Assembly: GCA_951406725.2 (NCBI GenBank)
Contig: OX597837.1
Location: forward strand, 45,508,001 to 45,572,000
DNA length: 64,000 nucleotides
DNA from: Octopus vulgaris
Lineage: Eukaryota
Direction of reading: 5' to 3'
The position numbers were made by a program, and so were the translations under genes. The notes beneath the pieces were generated by a model that was not told the DNA's origin, searched no databases, and saw nothing but the letters and a program-made list of their open reading frames with translations. Shown piece by piece: positions 1 to 13,763 of the stretch. Numbering within the stretch: position 1 is the stretch's first letter; every line of letters starts with the position of its first letter.

Positions 1-214
1 TTTATGCCTGATGCTTATTCTCCCGGTCATTTGCCAAACTGCTAGGTTACGAGGACGTAAATACAACGACACCGGTTTCCAAGCAGTGGTGGGGAACAAA
101 CACAAACACAAAGTCGCAAACACACACGCACGCACACACACACTCAAACACAAACACAAAGTTACACACATACATATGTATATACATATACATATATACA
201 TATATATATGCACG

Positions 215-265
<51 letters not shown>

Positions 266-398
266 CGGGTTTCTTTCAGTTTCCGTCTACCAAATTCACT
301 AATGAGGCCATCGTTGACCGCCCAAAGTGCCATGCAATGGGACTGAACCTGGAACCATATGGTTGGGAAGCAAGCTTCTTACTACTCAGCTACGTCTG
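1..398 (-). mobile_element. tRNA-derived CORE-like SINE with internal microsatellite (family B, my label)
   Basis: Matches the many family B copies here (ttctttcagtttccgtctaccaaat; gggactgaacctggaaccat). A second partial copy lies at about 520-615. Confidence 0.85.
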
Positions 399-721
399 CT
401 TCAATATATGTACGTGTGTGTGTGTATGTGTGTGTGTGTGCGTGTGCGTGTATGTGTGTGTGTGTGTGTGTGTATGTGTGTGTGCGCGCGTGTGTGTGTG
501 TGTGGTGTGCTCACGCGCAACGGGCTTCTTCCATTTTCCGCCTACTAAATCCACTCACAAGGATTTGGTTGGTCAGATGATATCGTAGTTGACACTTGTC
601 CAAGGCGCTGCGCAGGAGGAAAACTATTTTTGTTACTCCAGCATTTTAATAAATGTGGCTTTGATAAATATGATGTCGGATGAGAGCTTCTATATTTTTC
701 AGTTAATATTGGCTGTTATTA

Positions 722-840
722 TTGGCTGCAGCGACTTGGCAGAATCGTTAGCAACGTCGGGAAAACAGCTTGATCTGAGTTCAAATTCCTCCTAGGTCGA
801 CTTTGCTGTTCATTCTTTTGGGATTTATGAAATAAGCACC
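722..840 (+). mobile_element. Decayed SINE family A fragment
   Basis: tggcagaatcgttagc (A box), gagttcaaattcc (B box), ggtcgactttgc. Confidence 0.75.
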
Positions 841-1116
841 ATATAATTGTGGAAAGAAGGCTTGAGTCCTCATTGAAATATATATGGTTTCCTTGATTGA
901 TATGGTTTAGAGATGCTTGTATTTTATCCACGACTTTTTCTGAAATTTTTTTTCTTGAGACTTTTTCTGAGTAGTATTTTTATATTCTGTATATTCATTT
1001 GCTTAGCAGGATTGGAAGCGATACCAGACATAATACCCAGTGATATTTTGCCGATTTCTGAATTCAAATCCCACGATGTCGCCTCTACCTTCTGTTGGGG
1101 AATAAGATAAGAACCA

Positions 1117-1323
1117 ATAACACTGTGTAACAAAAATAATTTTGTTTTTGTGTGTTTGGTCAGTAAGTATTATTTCCTATTTGCTTCTGTCTAGAAATCA
1201 AAGGAAATGACTACTATCCCCTTCACACTTTGCTTTTGTCACCTGGACATCAATGTTTTGAAACTGATCTATTTTCCATTGCATCTCAGACAGATTCGGT
1301 GCTGAGTTGCTGAAGCAGAAATT
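1117..1323 (+). repeat. Unclassified interspersed repeat, copy 1
   Basis: Colinear with 55268-55473 (caataacactgtgtaa...tctagaaatcaaagg...gagttgctgaagcagaaat). Confidence 0.85.
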
Positions 1324-1569
1324 TTCTAAAACTTTCTAGAAGTTTCTAAAAGTTTCAAGAATTTCTGGAACGTTTTGGCAACTTAGATAGCAGTATAAAT
1401 ACAGGGATCGTTAGCTCAACAGTCCAGTTTACTTTTAGTTGTCCAAGTTGAGACAAGTTTGAGGAAAGCGAAGTTTGAAAAATCAGCCATTTTTCTTACT
1501 TTCTAGGGATAAGCAAATAAGAAAAAACAGTTGCTGACCAAGTCAAAAATCGTGCTATACAGTATAATT

Positions 1570-1860
1570 AATGTAATCTATTGTCCCATTCGGCTAAGTC
1601 ATCCCAGAATGAAGATTAAAATGAGCAGGTCACATATTCGGGTGAACAACGCCATTTTAAAACAGCTTAATGGAGACGACCGGATGGAAGGAATAAAGGG
1701 GGGAATATCGAAAACTATATGACCGAAAATATTCATAACTGACAAGAGAGGGGCCAATATCACATGTCCAGATATAGAGAAAACTGTTGTCAATAGAAAC
1801 CACTGGCGTCAACATGCTGTTCACTGAGCTCGAGAGTACAGAAGGACCTAAAATTAAGAC
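1570..1860 (+). mobile_element. Decayed RTE-clade LINE 3' end
   Basis: Frameshifted reading RLK*AGHI...NKGGISKTI*...VNRNHWRQH...RRT* resembles the RTE C-terminus RLRWAGH..RGRPK.TW..DR..WR. Confidence 0.5.
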
Positions 1861-2639
1861 TATATCCCACCACGACCATCACTCCACTTTATATAATCGT
1901 CGTCTCGTAATCGAAGAAATCTTTCTTTGCTATTAATTATATTATAAAAATAAAAAAGTAAACATGACCTTTTGTAAATAGTAGCCATTTTTTTTCTTTA
2001 TTTACAAATGACAGTGAAGTTTCTTTAAATATAGCAGACATATTGGATAATAAAGTAGAAGAGAGACTGTGCCGTCTGAAGAAAAAACAAAAAAGCAAAA
2101 CAAAACAAACAAGAATACGAAAAGATCGAGGCTAGCAAATGTTTGCTGTTCACTCACGGTTAAACTAGAGCCAGACAAGAAGACCACTAACTGTAACTCA
2201 TAACTCTTCAGCCATCAGTCAATGAGACTGATCCCAATAAAAGACATCAACGATGACCTCCAGCCGCCATTGACCCAATAACTTACTGCCTGACTACGCA
2301 TCACTAATTCAACTAATTTAATTTAATGAGAAATTTCTTTGCTGAAAACATCGTGTTTTATTTCTTTTGGTGATTTCCGAACGAAAAAGCAAGACCGAGT
2401 GGTTAAGAGATTAGAATTTGCAAAGTCGAGGAGGTTGGTTCGATCCTATTGGACCCAAACGGTTTTCCGTTATTGGCTCCGCGTCGAACAAAGACTGTTG
2501 AGTGAAATTTGATAGTTGGAGAATATACGTAATATACGTGCACACGCACGCACACATACACACACACACTCACCCACACACATAGATATAGATATAAGAG
2601 ATATATATGTATGTATGTATGTATATGTATATGCATGTG

Positions 2640-2775
2640 TGTGTTTGTGTGTTTTGGCCTGCTCGCCTAGCCAGCGGGGTGGCATCGTTCGAAAGTTAAA
2701 ACTGTGTGAAGTACATTGTGACCAGCGATGTATAACACCATCCGATATTCTGGTCGATACAGTGATACCGTGATA
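2640..2775 (+). mobile_element. 3' tail of SINE family D
   Basis: ctagccagcggggtgg...cattgtgaccagcgatg is similar to the reverse complement of 30357-30450. A decayed tRNA-like head lies at about 2390-2460. Confidence 0.65.
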
Positions 2776-2777
2776 TA

Positions 2778-3407
2778 TATTTGGTCATCCCATAAATAAT
2801 GCGGTTTTCTATACTCCTTTTATTTTTCAAAATTATGATAAAGAAAAGTTCTTTTTCTTGTAAGATATACTCTCCTTCATTTTCTACAATGCTCTTCCAT
2901 CTATCCGATAGATTTGCAAGGCCCCTCTTCAAAAATTCACTTGTCCATGAAGAAAAATACTCTTCCAGTACTGTTCTGATCTTGTCTACAGAATTCATAT
3001 TTTTCCGTCAAACTGATTTTGAAGACTGCAGAATAAATGATAATCCGATGGGGCAATGTCCGGCCAATATGGTGGGTGGGGCATCGTTTCCCATTCAAAC
3101 TGCTCCAGCCTTTGAAATGTCATCCTCGCTATATGTGGCCGAGAGAATTATCCTGATGGAAGACTACCTTTCGTCTTGAAACCAATTTGCTGACATTTCC
3201 GATGGCACGCAGGTGTCGATGAATGGTTGTATTACCAAATCTAAGCTTCTCAGCCAGTTCCTTAACAGTTACGATGGCATTTTGTTCCACCGGGGTTTGT
3301 AGGACGTCTTTGTCGAGCTCTACAGATCTTCCAGGGCGAGGTTCGTGTTCTAGGTTGTAGTTTTCGACTCGGGATTTCTGGAACCACCGTTGACACTGGC
3401 TTACACA
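2778..3407 (-). mobile_element. Internally deleted mariner transposase pseudogene with ITR-like 3' end
   Basis: Minus strand reads QRWFQK...PRPGRS...KELAEKL..TIHRHL, joined to VVFHQDN..PH...WETMPHPPYWPDIAPSDYHLF...RWKSIVENEGEY (mariner YSPDLAPSD motif). Terminus TA+tttggtcatcccataaataatgcgg. Confidence 0.92.
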
Positions 3408-3409
3408 TG

Positions 3410-3585
3410 ATCATAAGATTGCGGTTTCGATTCCTGAACTGAGCCGATGCGTTAAGTTCGTGACCAGTCAGCTGCTAAAAATGAGCAATCCAGCGATGGA
3501 TTAGCGTCTCATCCAGCTAAAAAGTCAATACGCCACAGAATCCGGGAAAACCAGCCTTATTACCCTTATGGCATAAGAAAGACAT
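3410..3585 (+). mobile_element. Decayed SINE family C copy
   Basis: B-box-like ggtttcgattcc; tail ccgggaaaaccagccttat resembles 8316-8335. Confidence 0.5.
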
Positions 3586-3949
3586 TTGCTCCCGTTTTTT
3601 TAATGTTTTGCATGAAAAGAATTGAACATTAACTAAAGGACTTCCACTGCTGAACAGATTACACAATAATATTTACGAGAGAAGTGTTGACGGTGATCTC
3701 AACCATTTGATGACAGCGAGTAACCAGAAACTTTAAGGTCACAGGCAGCTGTTTCCTTATAAAAATACTTCATGCTATGTTTATATACAATCTGATTTAT
3801 TAAATTCCTTGGTACTTGAAGTTTCATGGCGTTATGTTTATCCTCAGCCGCTGGAAATTTGAATGAGAAATCAGTTGGAGAAAGTCAGATGGTATTACCG
3901 GTAGATGGCCTGTGATTGGTCGAGAAAGGTCATGCGGGGCTCACAGTTT

Positions 3950-4306
3950 GATGTTAACATGTAGGAACACTTTCTTAATTTATATTGATAGATGTGTTAA
4001 TGTTTTGTAACCATGTACCCCATGTAACAACCAACCACACAAGCAGACAGAAACTGCCATTTATATATCAATAACATTGCAATCTGCGCTGTCATCACAA
4101 ATGCCACACGCTATTTACATGTAGGAACATTTTTATAATTCATATTGATAGCTGTGTTGATGTTTTCTTAACATGTACCCTTTACTTTTATATAACGGCC
4201 AAGGGGAAATAAATCATTTGAAATCCCTTATTTTTCTTTTCTGCCCACTGGTCATCTGCTCAGTCATAAAGGACACACGCTGTTTACATGTAGGAACACT
4301 TTCTTA
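3950..4306. repeat. Degenerate tandem repeat, period about 160-170 bp
   Basis: acatgtaggaaca occurs three times (about 3957, 4117, 4286); the first two share about 65 bp downstream ending catgtaccc. Confidence 0.8.
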
Positions 4307-4493
4307 AAAAAGATCAAATCTGAGTTCTCGATCTGTGCGCGCACTAAAACTGCGGCAAGAGCGTTCAAAAGTAGATCCCCTTATTTCATTTAGTGACTCA
4401 CTCACGAATATACCAGGAATGACCATGCCTTTCATGTCACTTCAGCCAATTGTATGTATGTATAGAGATAGAGACAGAGTGGGATGGAGAATG

Positions 4494-4601
<108 letters not shown>

Positions 4602-5279
4602 GGATGGACAGACAGACAAGCTAACAGATCGAAAGAAAGACTAGGATGGAGAAGATGAGTTGAGGGTTGAGTTGATCAAACAAACAGACGAACAAAATGC
4701 CTTTCAAACAGACAAACCGGCCAACAAAGAACAGTAGATAACTATTTACATTGAGGGCTATTATGGTTTTCAAATCAGTTATTTGGTTTTGAAAATAAGT
4801 TCACGCTCTATTGGAGAGATAAACCTAAATATATGCAATCATCAAAGACCAATATCAAATGCAATTATTAATTATCATAAATTTATCAGCTTTGTGAAGG
4901 ATGTAATTCAGTCTGTCCACTCGAGTTGATTTAGAAAATATTGACAATAACCTCTTAAGTGACCCTCTTGCTAGAGCGCCATTGTTTGTTGCTACGTCAT
5001 CAGACGCGAGTCTTGCCACAGAGCTGGTTAGATGTATAATTGTGCGCTTGCGTGTTTTCTAACACAAACGAACGGACAACCATCTATGCATGCATTGTCT
5101 GTTGAGAGAGACACAAACACACGCATATATATATATATACAACATATACGCATACACAGTGACCACACGCGCACACACGAAAGCAGAAACAAACTCACAC
5201 TTATATACAAATATTCATATGTATTGTATATATACATATTTACATTTATAGAGTTTAATATTGCAGTATTTAAATGTGT

Positions 5280-5305
5280 TTATATATATGTGTATACGTA
5301 CATAC

Positions 5306-5345
<40 letters not shown>

Positions 5346-5348
5346 ATG

Positions 5349-5408
<60 letters not shown>

Positions 5409-5440
5409 TACATATATAATATATATATATACATATATAC

Positions 5441-5480
<40 letters not shown>

Positions 5481-5865
5481 CATATATATATACATATATA
5501 CATATATATATACATATATACATATATACATATATACATATATATATATATACACATTGTATAAAGTATATATATATATATATATATACACTGTATAAAG
5601 ATATATACTTATATACATATATGTATATATAAATATGTATTTGTTTTTATATAAGCATGCATATTTGTATATATATAATGAGAGAGAAAGAGAAAGAGAT
5701 AGAGAGGAGAAAGAGAGAAATGTGTATACATGTGTATATATATATATATATATACATGTAAATGCGTAAAATGATATATAGATATATATGAATGCATATA
5801 TATGTGTATGTGTATAGATATATGTGTGTGTATAGATATGCATGTGTGTGTGTGTGTGTGTGTGT
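5280..5865. repeat. Compound (TA)n/(TG)n microsatellite region
   Basis: Seen directly. Confidence 0.95.
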
Positions 5866-7523
5866 GACCTTGCCACGGGTGCAACAGTTAAATCTTCCTT
5901 TCCGGTAGAGGACTCCATCTCAAATTAATAACCGATTTGTTTTCCTCTCACCCCATTCATATGCACTAACACCGGTAAACACCTACAAATGCACTTAAGT
6001 TACCCCACTTTTCATTTAAACCCACTCGTGCGCGCGTGATTTCCTCCCACGCTTGAATCTCTACCTTTTCCATCTCACACATACACACTCAAATCCATAA
6101 ACACTTCCTCACATACATTACTTCTCTAACGCTTACTTACCTTGCCATAATTTATTCTTCTCTGGAATCAATTAACTCTGCTCTACTCACCTCCCGCGTC
6201 CAATTCCTGCATCTTTCATCTCTAAATCGCACATCAAATTTTTTCTTTCATTTCTGCCTTCTATCATAATATAGGACAGCTCTCCAAAACATAAATCACT
6301 CATACATCTTTTCTTTCTCTTCTCCCTTCTTCCTTCTATCTTGATAAAGGACAACTCTCCGAAATGCAAATCACACATTACATTTTTTTCTATTTTTTTC
6401 CTTCTATTGACAAAATAAAGTTGTCCGAAACGTCAATATCTTCCTCTCCTGCATAGCGTAATTGCATTTACTTTGTAATCACGTTCGTCGTTTTTGTTGA
6501 TTTCCCCTCCCGTTTTGCTCATGTCTTGACCTAGAGAACTATCAAATAAATCATTATATAAACACACATACACATATTTGTGTATGTGTGTGACATATAA
6601 ATGTGTGTGTATTGAGTGTGGTATGGTTGACAGGCAAAATTATCGTGGAGTAGCTCTCCTATCTTCAACTGATCAGATGCTCATCTGAGTCACACTCAGC
6701 ATCCTGCTTACCGTTAAAGATAGCAGCCAAACGCCGTGTTCGATCTGAAAGACGAACCAAACAAAGTCAAGGTCTTCATCGCTCTTAGACAGGTACAAAA
6801 GAAATGTCCAGACGAACAGCTACGTTCTATACTATTTTCGTTACTTGAAGGAGTTTGCCACCGTAAACCTTTGCTTTGTTGAGATGAGGAGGAGGGGGGA
6901 GGAAGAGAAAGGAGAGGAGGAAGAAGGAAGAGGAAGTCGAGGAAGAGAGAGAAAGAGAGGAAGAAGAGGAGGTTGCATGCACTAGCAAAATTTCTGTGGT
7001 ATGACGAATGTCATTCCTTGGAAAAGTAAAAATGTGTGTGTGTGTGTGTGTGTGCAAGAAGGAAGGGATTCAAATGAACGTTACTATAACGGGCACACAT
7101 ACGCTCACACACATACGAACACTTTTGACGCGCTCACACACACACACGCACACACAGAGGCGGCAATTAGCCATGTATATCTGTATGAACGTGAGAGAGA
7201 GTGAGCGATGTATATACGTATGTGCGACCGCCATTAGCATTCGTATGGGACGGAATTAAAATATGATATGCTTTGATGAAAAATATTGTTTATCCTCAAC
7301 TTCGGAATCAGTAAAATATTCCATTCTAGTGGTTCCAGTCATTTGGTAAGTTTATTCGATTCATTTTGTTATGTTGTATATATGTAATTAAGTACTGTGT
7401 ATGTGTATATATATATATATATATACGTATATGTATGCATTTGTGTGTGGTTAGGGGTGTGCATACATATATTTGCACTTTGTATATGAATATGTGTATG
7501 GTGTGTTCGCATGTGCGTGTTTG

Positions 7524-7557
<34 letters not shown>

Positions 7558-7573
7558 CATATATGTATATATA

Positions 7574-7627
<54 letters not shown>

Positions 7628-7789
7628 GTAAAATAATATGTGACAATTATTCAATAGCCAAGATATATATATATATACGTTTTATTGATCTTTAATACTT
7701 GGTGGCTGTTTTTCTATTAAAACCGTGGAATATCAATGGGTTCACAGATAAATTTAAGAGTGCAACAATCAACTATGGTCTTTGATTAA

Positions 7790-8790
7790 GTGAGGCAGAA
7801 ACTACGCTATTGAATGCCTACGGTCAGTCTGTTGCCACGATGACCATTCTCATCCTGGAAGCGTACTGAAGCAATCCGCTGTGCATTGGAAATACCAGTG
7901 GCGGGGGGAGGGGTACGGTTCAAATGGCTTCTCAAGACACAAAGACACCAAGACCAAACTATACAAAGCCAAATTAACATACGCTTTTCAGCGAAATCTC
8001 CACAATATGGATCATTCCTTTGACCTCAAACTGATATTAAATCTGGACACTGTACTGGAGTTGTGAAGGCACGTGGCCTAGTGGTTAGAGCAGCGGATTG
8101 CGGTCGAGGGATCGAGGGTTCGAATATCATACCGGGCGATGTGTGTGTTTATGAGTGAAATACCTAAGCTCTACACGGCTCCGCCAGAAGGTAATGGCGA
8201 ACTTCTGCTGACTCTTTCGCCATATCTTTCTCCCATTTTTTCCTCCTGCATCTTGCAGCTCGCCTGCGACGGACCGGCGTTCCGTTCAGCTGGGGAATCT
8301 ATAAGTCAAGGAAATCGGGAAACCGGCCCTTATGAGCCACGCATGGCCCAAGAAGGAACAAACAGCAACTGTATTAGAGTTACAGAAAGCAAATTGAAGC
8401 CTTTCGTGACTAACAGAAAAATCCTTCGATTAGTAAAGTATGCCAAATTTCTAAGACATAGTAAGCACAACACTACTGAGTCGGAGAAGATTCTTCGTAC
8501 ACAAGATACAAGCTTGAGACCTGACTTCACTAATCAGTCTTTTATACCAAAACTAAACAACAAACGGGAGGGAGATGACTGCGAGGCTAAAAGAAGAGAT
8601 ACTGAGATCGCTCAAGCAAGTGCCGAAACAAGGCACAAAAAACCTTAGACCCAATGGGAAAAACTGGCAAGGGACACTAACTTTGGCTGCTGTTCAACCA
8701 CGTCAAATGATGCAAACCGCTAAAAAGGGACACGGATTAGGAGCAGCGCCATCTTTAAGCATGGATACACAGGGCAGATGACCCTGTACT
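7790..8790 (+). mobile_element. Highly decayed RTE-like LINE interrupted by a SINE
   Basis: Fragments KDTKTKLYKA, QIEAF, RKILRL and WEKLARD occur in RTE order. Confidence 0.45.
8063..8372 (+). mobile_element. tRNA-derived SINE family C, near full length
   Basis: A box tggcctagtggttag; B box gggttcgaatatc; tail gaaggaacaaacagcaac. Confidence 0.85.
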
Positions 8791-9233
8791 CCACGTATTG
8801 TTTATTTATTTATTTATTTATTTATTTATTATTTAATTATGATTTATTTTATGTATTATAATCTAATGGCTTCCAAAGCCATTAACGACCCACTAAATAC
8901 GACTATCAGCAACAAGAATTTCAAGGTCTTGCTCGTAAATTTTCCGTATTACAGAAGGTACCGGACCAGCTGGAAATACGGTGTTGCACCTGAATATATA
9001 TATATATTAAATTTGAACTACATGTGTGTGTATATATGTGTGTGTATATATATATATATATATACATACTTATATACACACATATATAGTTCAAATTTAC
9101 AAATATATATATATTGGTAAAAACAGTAAGCTAACAAAAGAAAGAAAGAGACCTCAATATTATGTAAATAGAGGAAATTTATCTATAAGATAATATGTGA
9201 CAATAACAACACCACAACACCATCTTTTCGGCC

Positions 9234-9296
9234 AGATAACCGAAGAGATGGTGTTGTGGATTTCCACCTCGGCATCTGAAACTCAGAGTTTTATCT
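9234..9296 (+). ncRNA. Type I hammerhead-like fold (U4C variant)
   Basis: Stem I AGAUAA/UUAUCU; core CCGAAGA; stem II GAUG..GUGGA/UCCAC..CAUC plus an extra U; GAAA; stem III ACUC-A-GAGU; triplet GUU. Confidence 0.7.
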
Positions 9297-9314
9297 TGGC
9301 TATTGAATAATTGT

Positions 9315-9373
<59 letters not shown>

Positions 9374-9779
9374 TATATGTATTTATGTGTTTTTGAGTTA
9401 TACTATTGTATGCGTGAATGTAAAAACACACACACACATATATGTATATATATTATATATCGATATATATATATATATGTATACAAACACGCACATGCGA
9501 ACACGCCATATACATATTCATATACAAAGTGCCAATATATGTATACACACACCCCTAACCACACGTACCCACACCTAACCAGTGGCACTGAGAATTTTTA
9601 CATATCTGAACATCTGTTCAAAATTTTAACATCAAAACAATAATGTCTTTTGCTTTCGCTGACAAAATTTATTCTTCTTCTAAATTTTTACTTGATTTTG
9701 TGTCATTTTCTCAGGATTTTTTTTTTCCAAATATTTTTATTGGATTAGCAGCGCGTTGTAGATAAGTCTGTTGTTGTAT

Positions 9780-9995
9780 TTGATGATGATGACGAAGACA
9801 CTGATGATGATGATGATGATGATTATGATGATGATGGTGATGATGACGGCGCCGACGAAGACACTGATGATGATGATGATGATGGTCATAATGGTGATAA
9901 TGATGATGATGATGGTGATGATGATGATGATGATGATGACGACGATGATGATGATGATGATGATTAAGATTATGTCGCTGTTGTTGTTGCTGTAA
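9780..9995. repeat. (GAT)n microsatellite
   Basis: Seen directly; explains the poly-Met ORF. Confidence 0.95.
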
Positions 9996-10332
9996 AAGAT
10001 GTTGACGTTTATTAGTTTTTCAATGTATTTTTTGTGTTTGTTTTTTTTTTGTTTCCTAACAACATCTTACAAGACATCGCAGAAACTTCTTCTGTGCATG
10101 GTCGATTGTCTTGTTAAAGATAGCAGCCAAATCTCTTTCAAATAACACACCGAAAGGGAATTAGTAACAAAAATGCTGGATAATTTGACTTTTAGATATG
10201 CTGTGTGTAAAAAAAAAACTTAAAGAGGTGGTCACGGTAAGACAACATTTTGAATATAGAAGTTACTAAATCAAAGCTAACTTGGAGCTAAAAATTCATA
10301 GCGGCAAATACTCACCACCATCATCACCACCA

Positions 10333-10348
10333 CTAGTAGTAGTAGTAA

Positions 10349-10426
<78 letters not shown>

Positions 10427-10541
10427 CCAAGGCTTAAAGAGGCCCTCTTCCCTCTAATAAGATTTATCTTCCTGAAGACGTTCTCTGCCGTTTTTGTTCT
10501 CGGGACATTCATTATCATCTTCATCATCGTCATCATCACTG

Positions 10542-10590
<49 letters not shown>
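10333..10590. repeat. (TAG)n and (CAT)n microsatellites
   Basis: Seen directly. Confidence 0.95.
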
Positions 10591-10600
10591 TATTACTATT

Positions 10601-10810
10601 AAGGCGGCGAGCTGGCAGAACCGTTAGCACGCCGGGCGAAATGCGTAGCCGTATTTCGTCTGCCGTTACGTTCTGAGTTCAAATTCCACCGAGGTCGACT
10701 TTGCCTTTCATCCTTTCAGGGTCGATAAATTAAGTACCAGTTACGCACTGGGGTCGATGTAGTCGTCGCACCACCACGTCCCCCAGCTGCCCTTGTGGCA
10801 AAAATTTGAA
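10601..10810 (+). mobile_element. SINE family A
   Basis: aaggcggcgagctggcagaaccgttagc...gagttcaaattcc...gcctttcatcctttcagggtcgataaa. Confidence 0.92.
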
Positions 10811-10879
10811 ATAATGATTATTATTGTTATTATTATTAAGGTGGCCAGCTGGCAGAATCATAAGCACGGCGAACAGTTC

Positions 10880-10922
10880 TATCACCACTACCACCGCCAC
10901 CACTACTACTATCACCACCACC

Positions 10923-10966
<44 letters not shown>

Positions 10967-11370
10967 CACTACTACTACTACTACCAACATACACCACTAC
11001 CACCGCCACCACTCCTGCTATCATCACCACCAACATACACCACTACCATCGCCACCACTCCTGCTATCATCACCACCACTACTACTACTACTACCAACAT
11101 GCACCACTACCACCGCCACCAACCCTGCTATCACCACTACTACCTACTACTACTATTACTACCAACATCCACCACTACCAAACCATTATCCCCACGACCA
11201 CTACACTACCACATCGCTAATACCACCACCACTACTATTGCTGCTGCTGCTGCTGCCACTACTACTACTACTACTACCACCTTCGCTATGTTCATCACTA
11301 CTATCACCACCACGACGATAACCACAACCACCACCACCGCCACCACTACTACGACGGCGACGACAACTTC
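10880..11370. repeat. Degenerate (CAC/TAC)n array with internal ~45-bp duplications
   Basis: accaacatacaccactaccaccgccaccactcctgctatca occurs three times with variants. Confidence 0.9.
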
Positions 11371-11660
11371 ATAGAAATCTAAACGAGGTTTTTTTTTGTT
11401 TTGACAGTTTTATTTCCTTGAGTGAGTCTTTGACAAGAGATTGCGAAAAGCAACGCAAAAATGATAGAAGAATATATAAAAAAAGAAACACGAAAACAAC
11501 ATATTTGATATTAATGAACAAAAAATCACTAATATCATTCCTCCGTCTTAACAGTTTACAGACGTGTGGTCTTATGTTTTCTGTTTTACGCGGGTTTTTG
11601 ATTATTTTTTGTTTGTTTTTGTTTTTCATTTTCTTTTTATATATTTATTCTTATTCTATT

Positions 11661-12140
11661 GGCGCATGTATAGCTGTGTGGTTAGGCAGCTCGCTTTGTA
11701 ACCAAGTGGTTTTAGTTCGGTCCCCCTGCGTGGCATCTTGGGCGAGTGTCTTCTGCTATAGCCTCAGGTCATACGATACCTCGCGAGTGAATTTCGTTAG
11801 TTTGATACACGGAAACTGTGTGAAGATCCATTGTGCGTGTAGACGCATGCATTCATACATACATACATACAGACAGACAGACACACAGACAGGCAGACAG
11901 ACAGATAAATAGATAGATATGTGTGTGTATGTATATTTATATGTGTATGTAAATGTATATATGTATGTGTCTGTGTTTGCGTTTGTTCCACCCCCACCGT
12001 ATGACTACCGGTATCGGTTTGCTTAAATCATTGCGACTTAGCAGTTTGGCAAAAAGGGACTGACGTCAATTTGCTCGACTAAAGTACTCGAGGCGGTGCC
12101 TCAGCATAACAACAGTGCCATGATTCAAACCAGTAAAAAG
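11661..12140 (+). mobile_element. SINE family B, old full-length copy
   Basis: Head gctgtgtggttagg, CORE-like cttgggcgagtgtctt, internal microsatellite, tail aggcggtgcctcagcat. Confidence 0.85.
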
Positions 12141-12304
12141 ATATATACATGCATGTAAGTGCGTATATATTTAAGTAGCTGTGTACGTATCTCCATATGT
12201 ATAGACACTTCATGATTAAATGGGGAATGTTTACCTTGCAAAGATAAGGTCTTGAATTTGATCCTACAGTGAAGCATCTTCATCAATTTCCATTGTTACG
12301 GTAG

Positions 12305-12715
12305 TGAAATGAAAAAAGATAAAGCTCTTTTCCGAGTCATAGACTCATAAGGTCGGTATCCCGGATTTTGTGGTGTATATATTTTCTCTCTGGACGGGAC
12401 GCCGATCAGTCGCAGAATTCCTAATTTTTGTCACTTGAAAGAACTGGAGCAACGCGATATGAAGTGTTTTGCTCAGAAGATCTAAATTTTGTTTCCTAAC
12501 TTATCCTATTTCCAGGCTTCTATTCTACTCAATTCTTGTCCTAAATTCTTGTCTTCATTTTTATCTTCTAAACTTCCTTTCCATATCTGCCCCTTCTTAT
12601 TGTTTTCTTGAGGAATGCCTATTCTTCTAGTAAACCATATATCACCTGCTCCAGTAATCGAAACCACAGTCATAGGATCATGAGTCCAACACCCAACCAC
12701 TTAGCCACGTGTCAC
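12305..12715 (-). mobile_element. SINE family C with ~165-bp internal insertion
   Basis: Tail gactcataaggtcggtatcccgg; CORE-like gaagtgttttgctca; head aaccacttagccacgtg. Confidence 0.6.
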
Positions 12716-13056
12716 TGCCGCGAATGAATTTAGGTAAACGGAAATTGTTTCTAAGCCCGTCGCATATTTTCTAGCAGTAATACAAACGGTCCAGCGATGC
12801 CACGCTGGTTATGTCTGTGAGTTACGTCAACGTTACACACGACAGTAAAGCACTTAGTCACTGAACATGCTAATTCAAAGACTAGAATGTTCATTAACAG
12901 GAATGATTAAAAACGCATCGCCGAATCCGACCAAGAACAAAAGTAACTAATTATGAATGTACGCATATATATATATATATTAATAAATAAAACAAATGCA
13001 TATATATATATACATATATGTACGTACCTACCTCGACATGTATATATACACGCATC

Positions 13057-13087
<31 letters not shown>

Positions 13088-13395
13088 AATGTGTATGTGT
13101 TTCTATGTGTGTATATATGTGTGTGCACCTTTGTGTGAATGTATGCGTGAAATAACAAACGATACAAAAATGATCAGAGCAATATTTTGCCAACAAGTCA
13201 TGGGTCACATAACGTACTTGTGATTGACTAATTAAACCAATGCAACTAATTTGAGACATTGCTCAAACGAAATTAGACACAAACACACGCCCACACACAT
13301 ACAAATACAGACACATTCATGTGTATTTATATATATGTATATACCCATGCATATATAAATGTATGTAAATATATATATATATATATATAGGTATC

Positions 13396-13454
<59 letters not shown>

Positions 13455-13500
13455 CATACGTATACATACATATAGACAGATACACACATATATACAAAGG

Positions 13501-13576
<76 letters not shown>

Positions 13577-13720
13577 GGGAGGGATGGATGGATGGATGGA
13601 TGGAAGGATGGAATATTGCATATTTGTAATATAAATAATTGAATAGTCATGAATTTGTATTTTCATACAGACACGAATATACGTGTGTGTGTGACTGTGT
13701 GTGTGTGTGTGTGTGTGTGT

Positions 13721-13763
<43 letters not shown>

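Noticed and set aside
8063-8140. tRNA gene-like sequences (also at 57569 and 30530-30605)
   Set aside because: The A and B boxes continue into SINE bodies, with no proper acceptor stem or terminator.
8139-8648. 169-aa ORF
   Set aside because: Chance read-through from a SINE into LINE debris.
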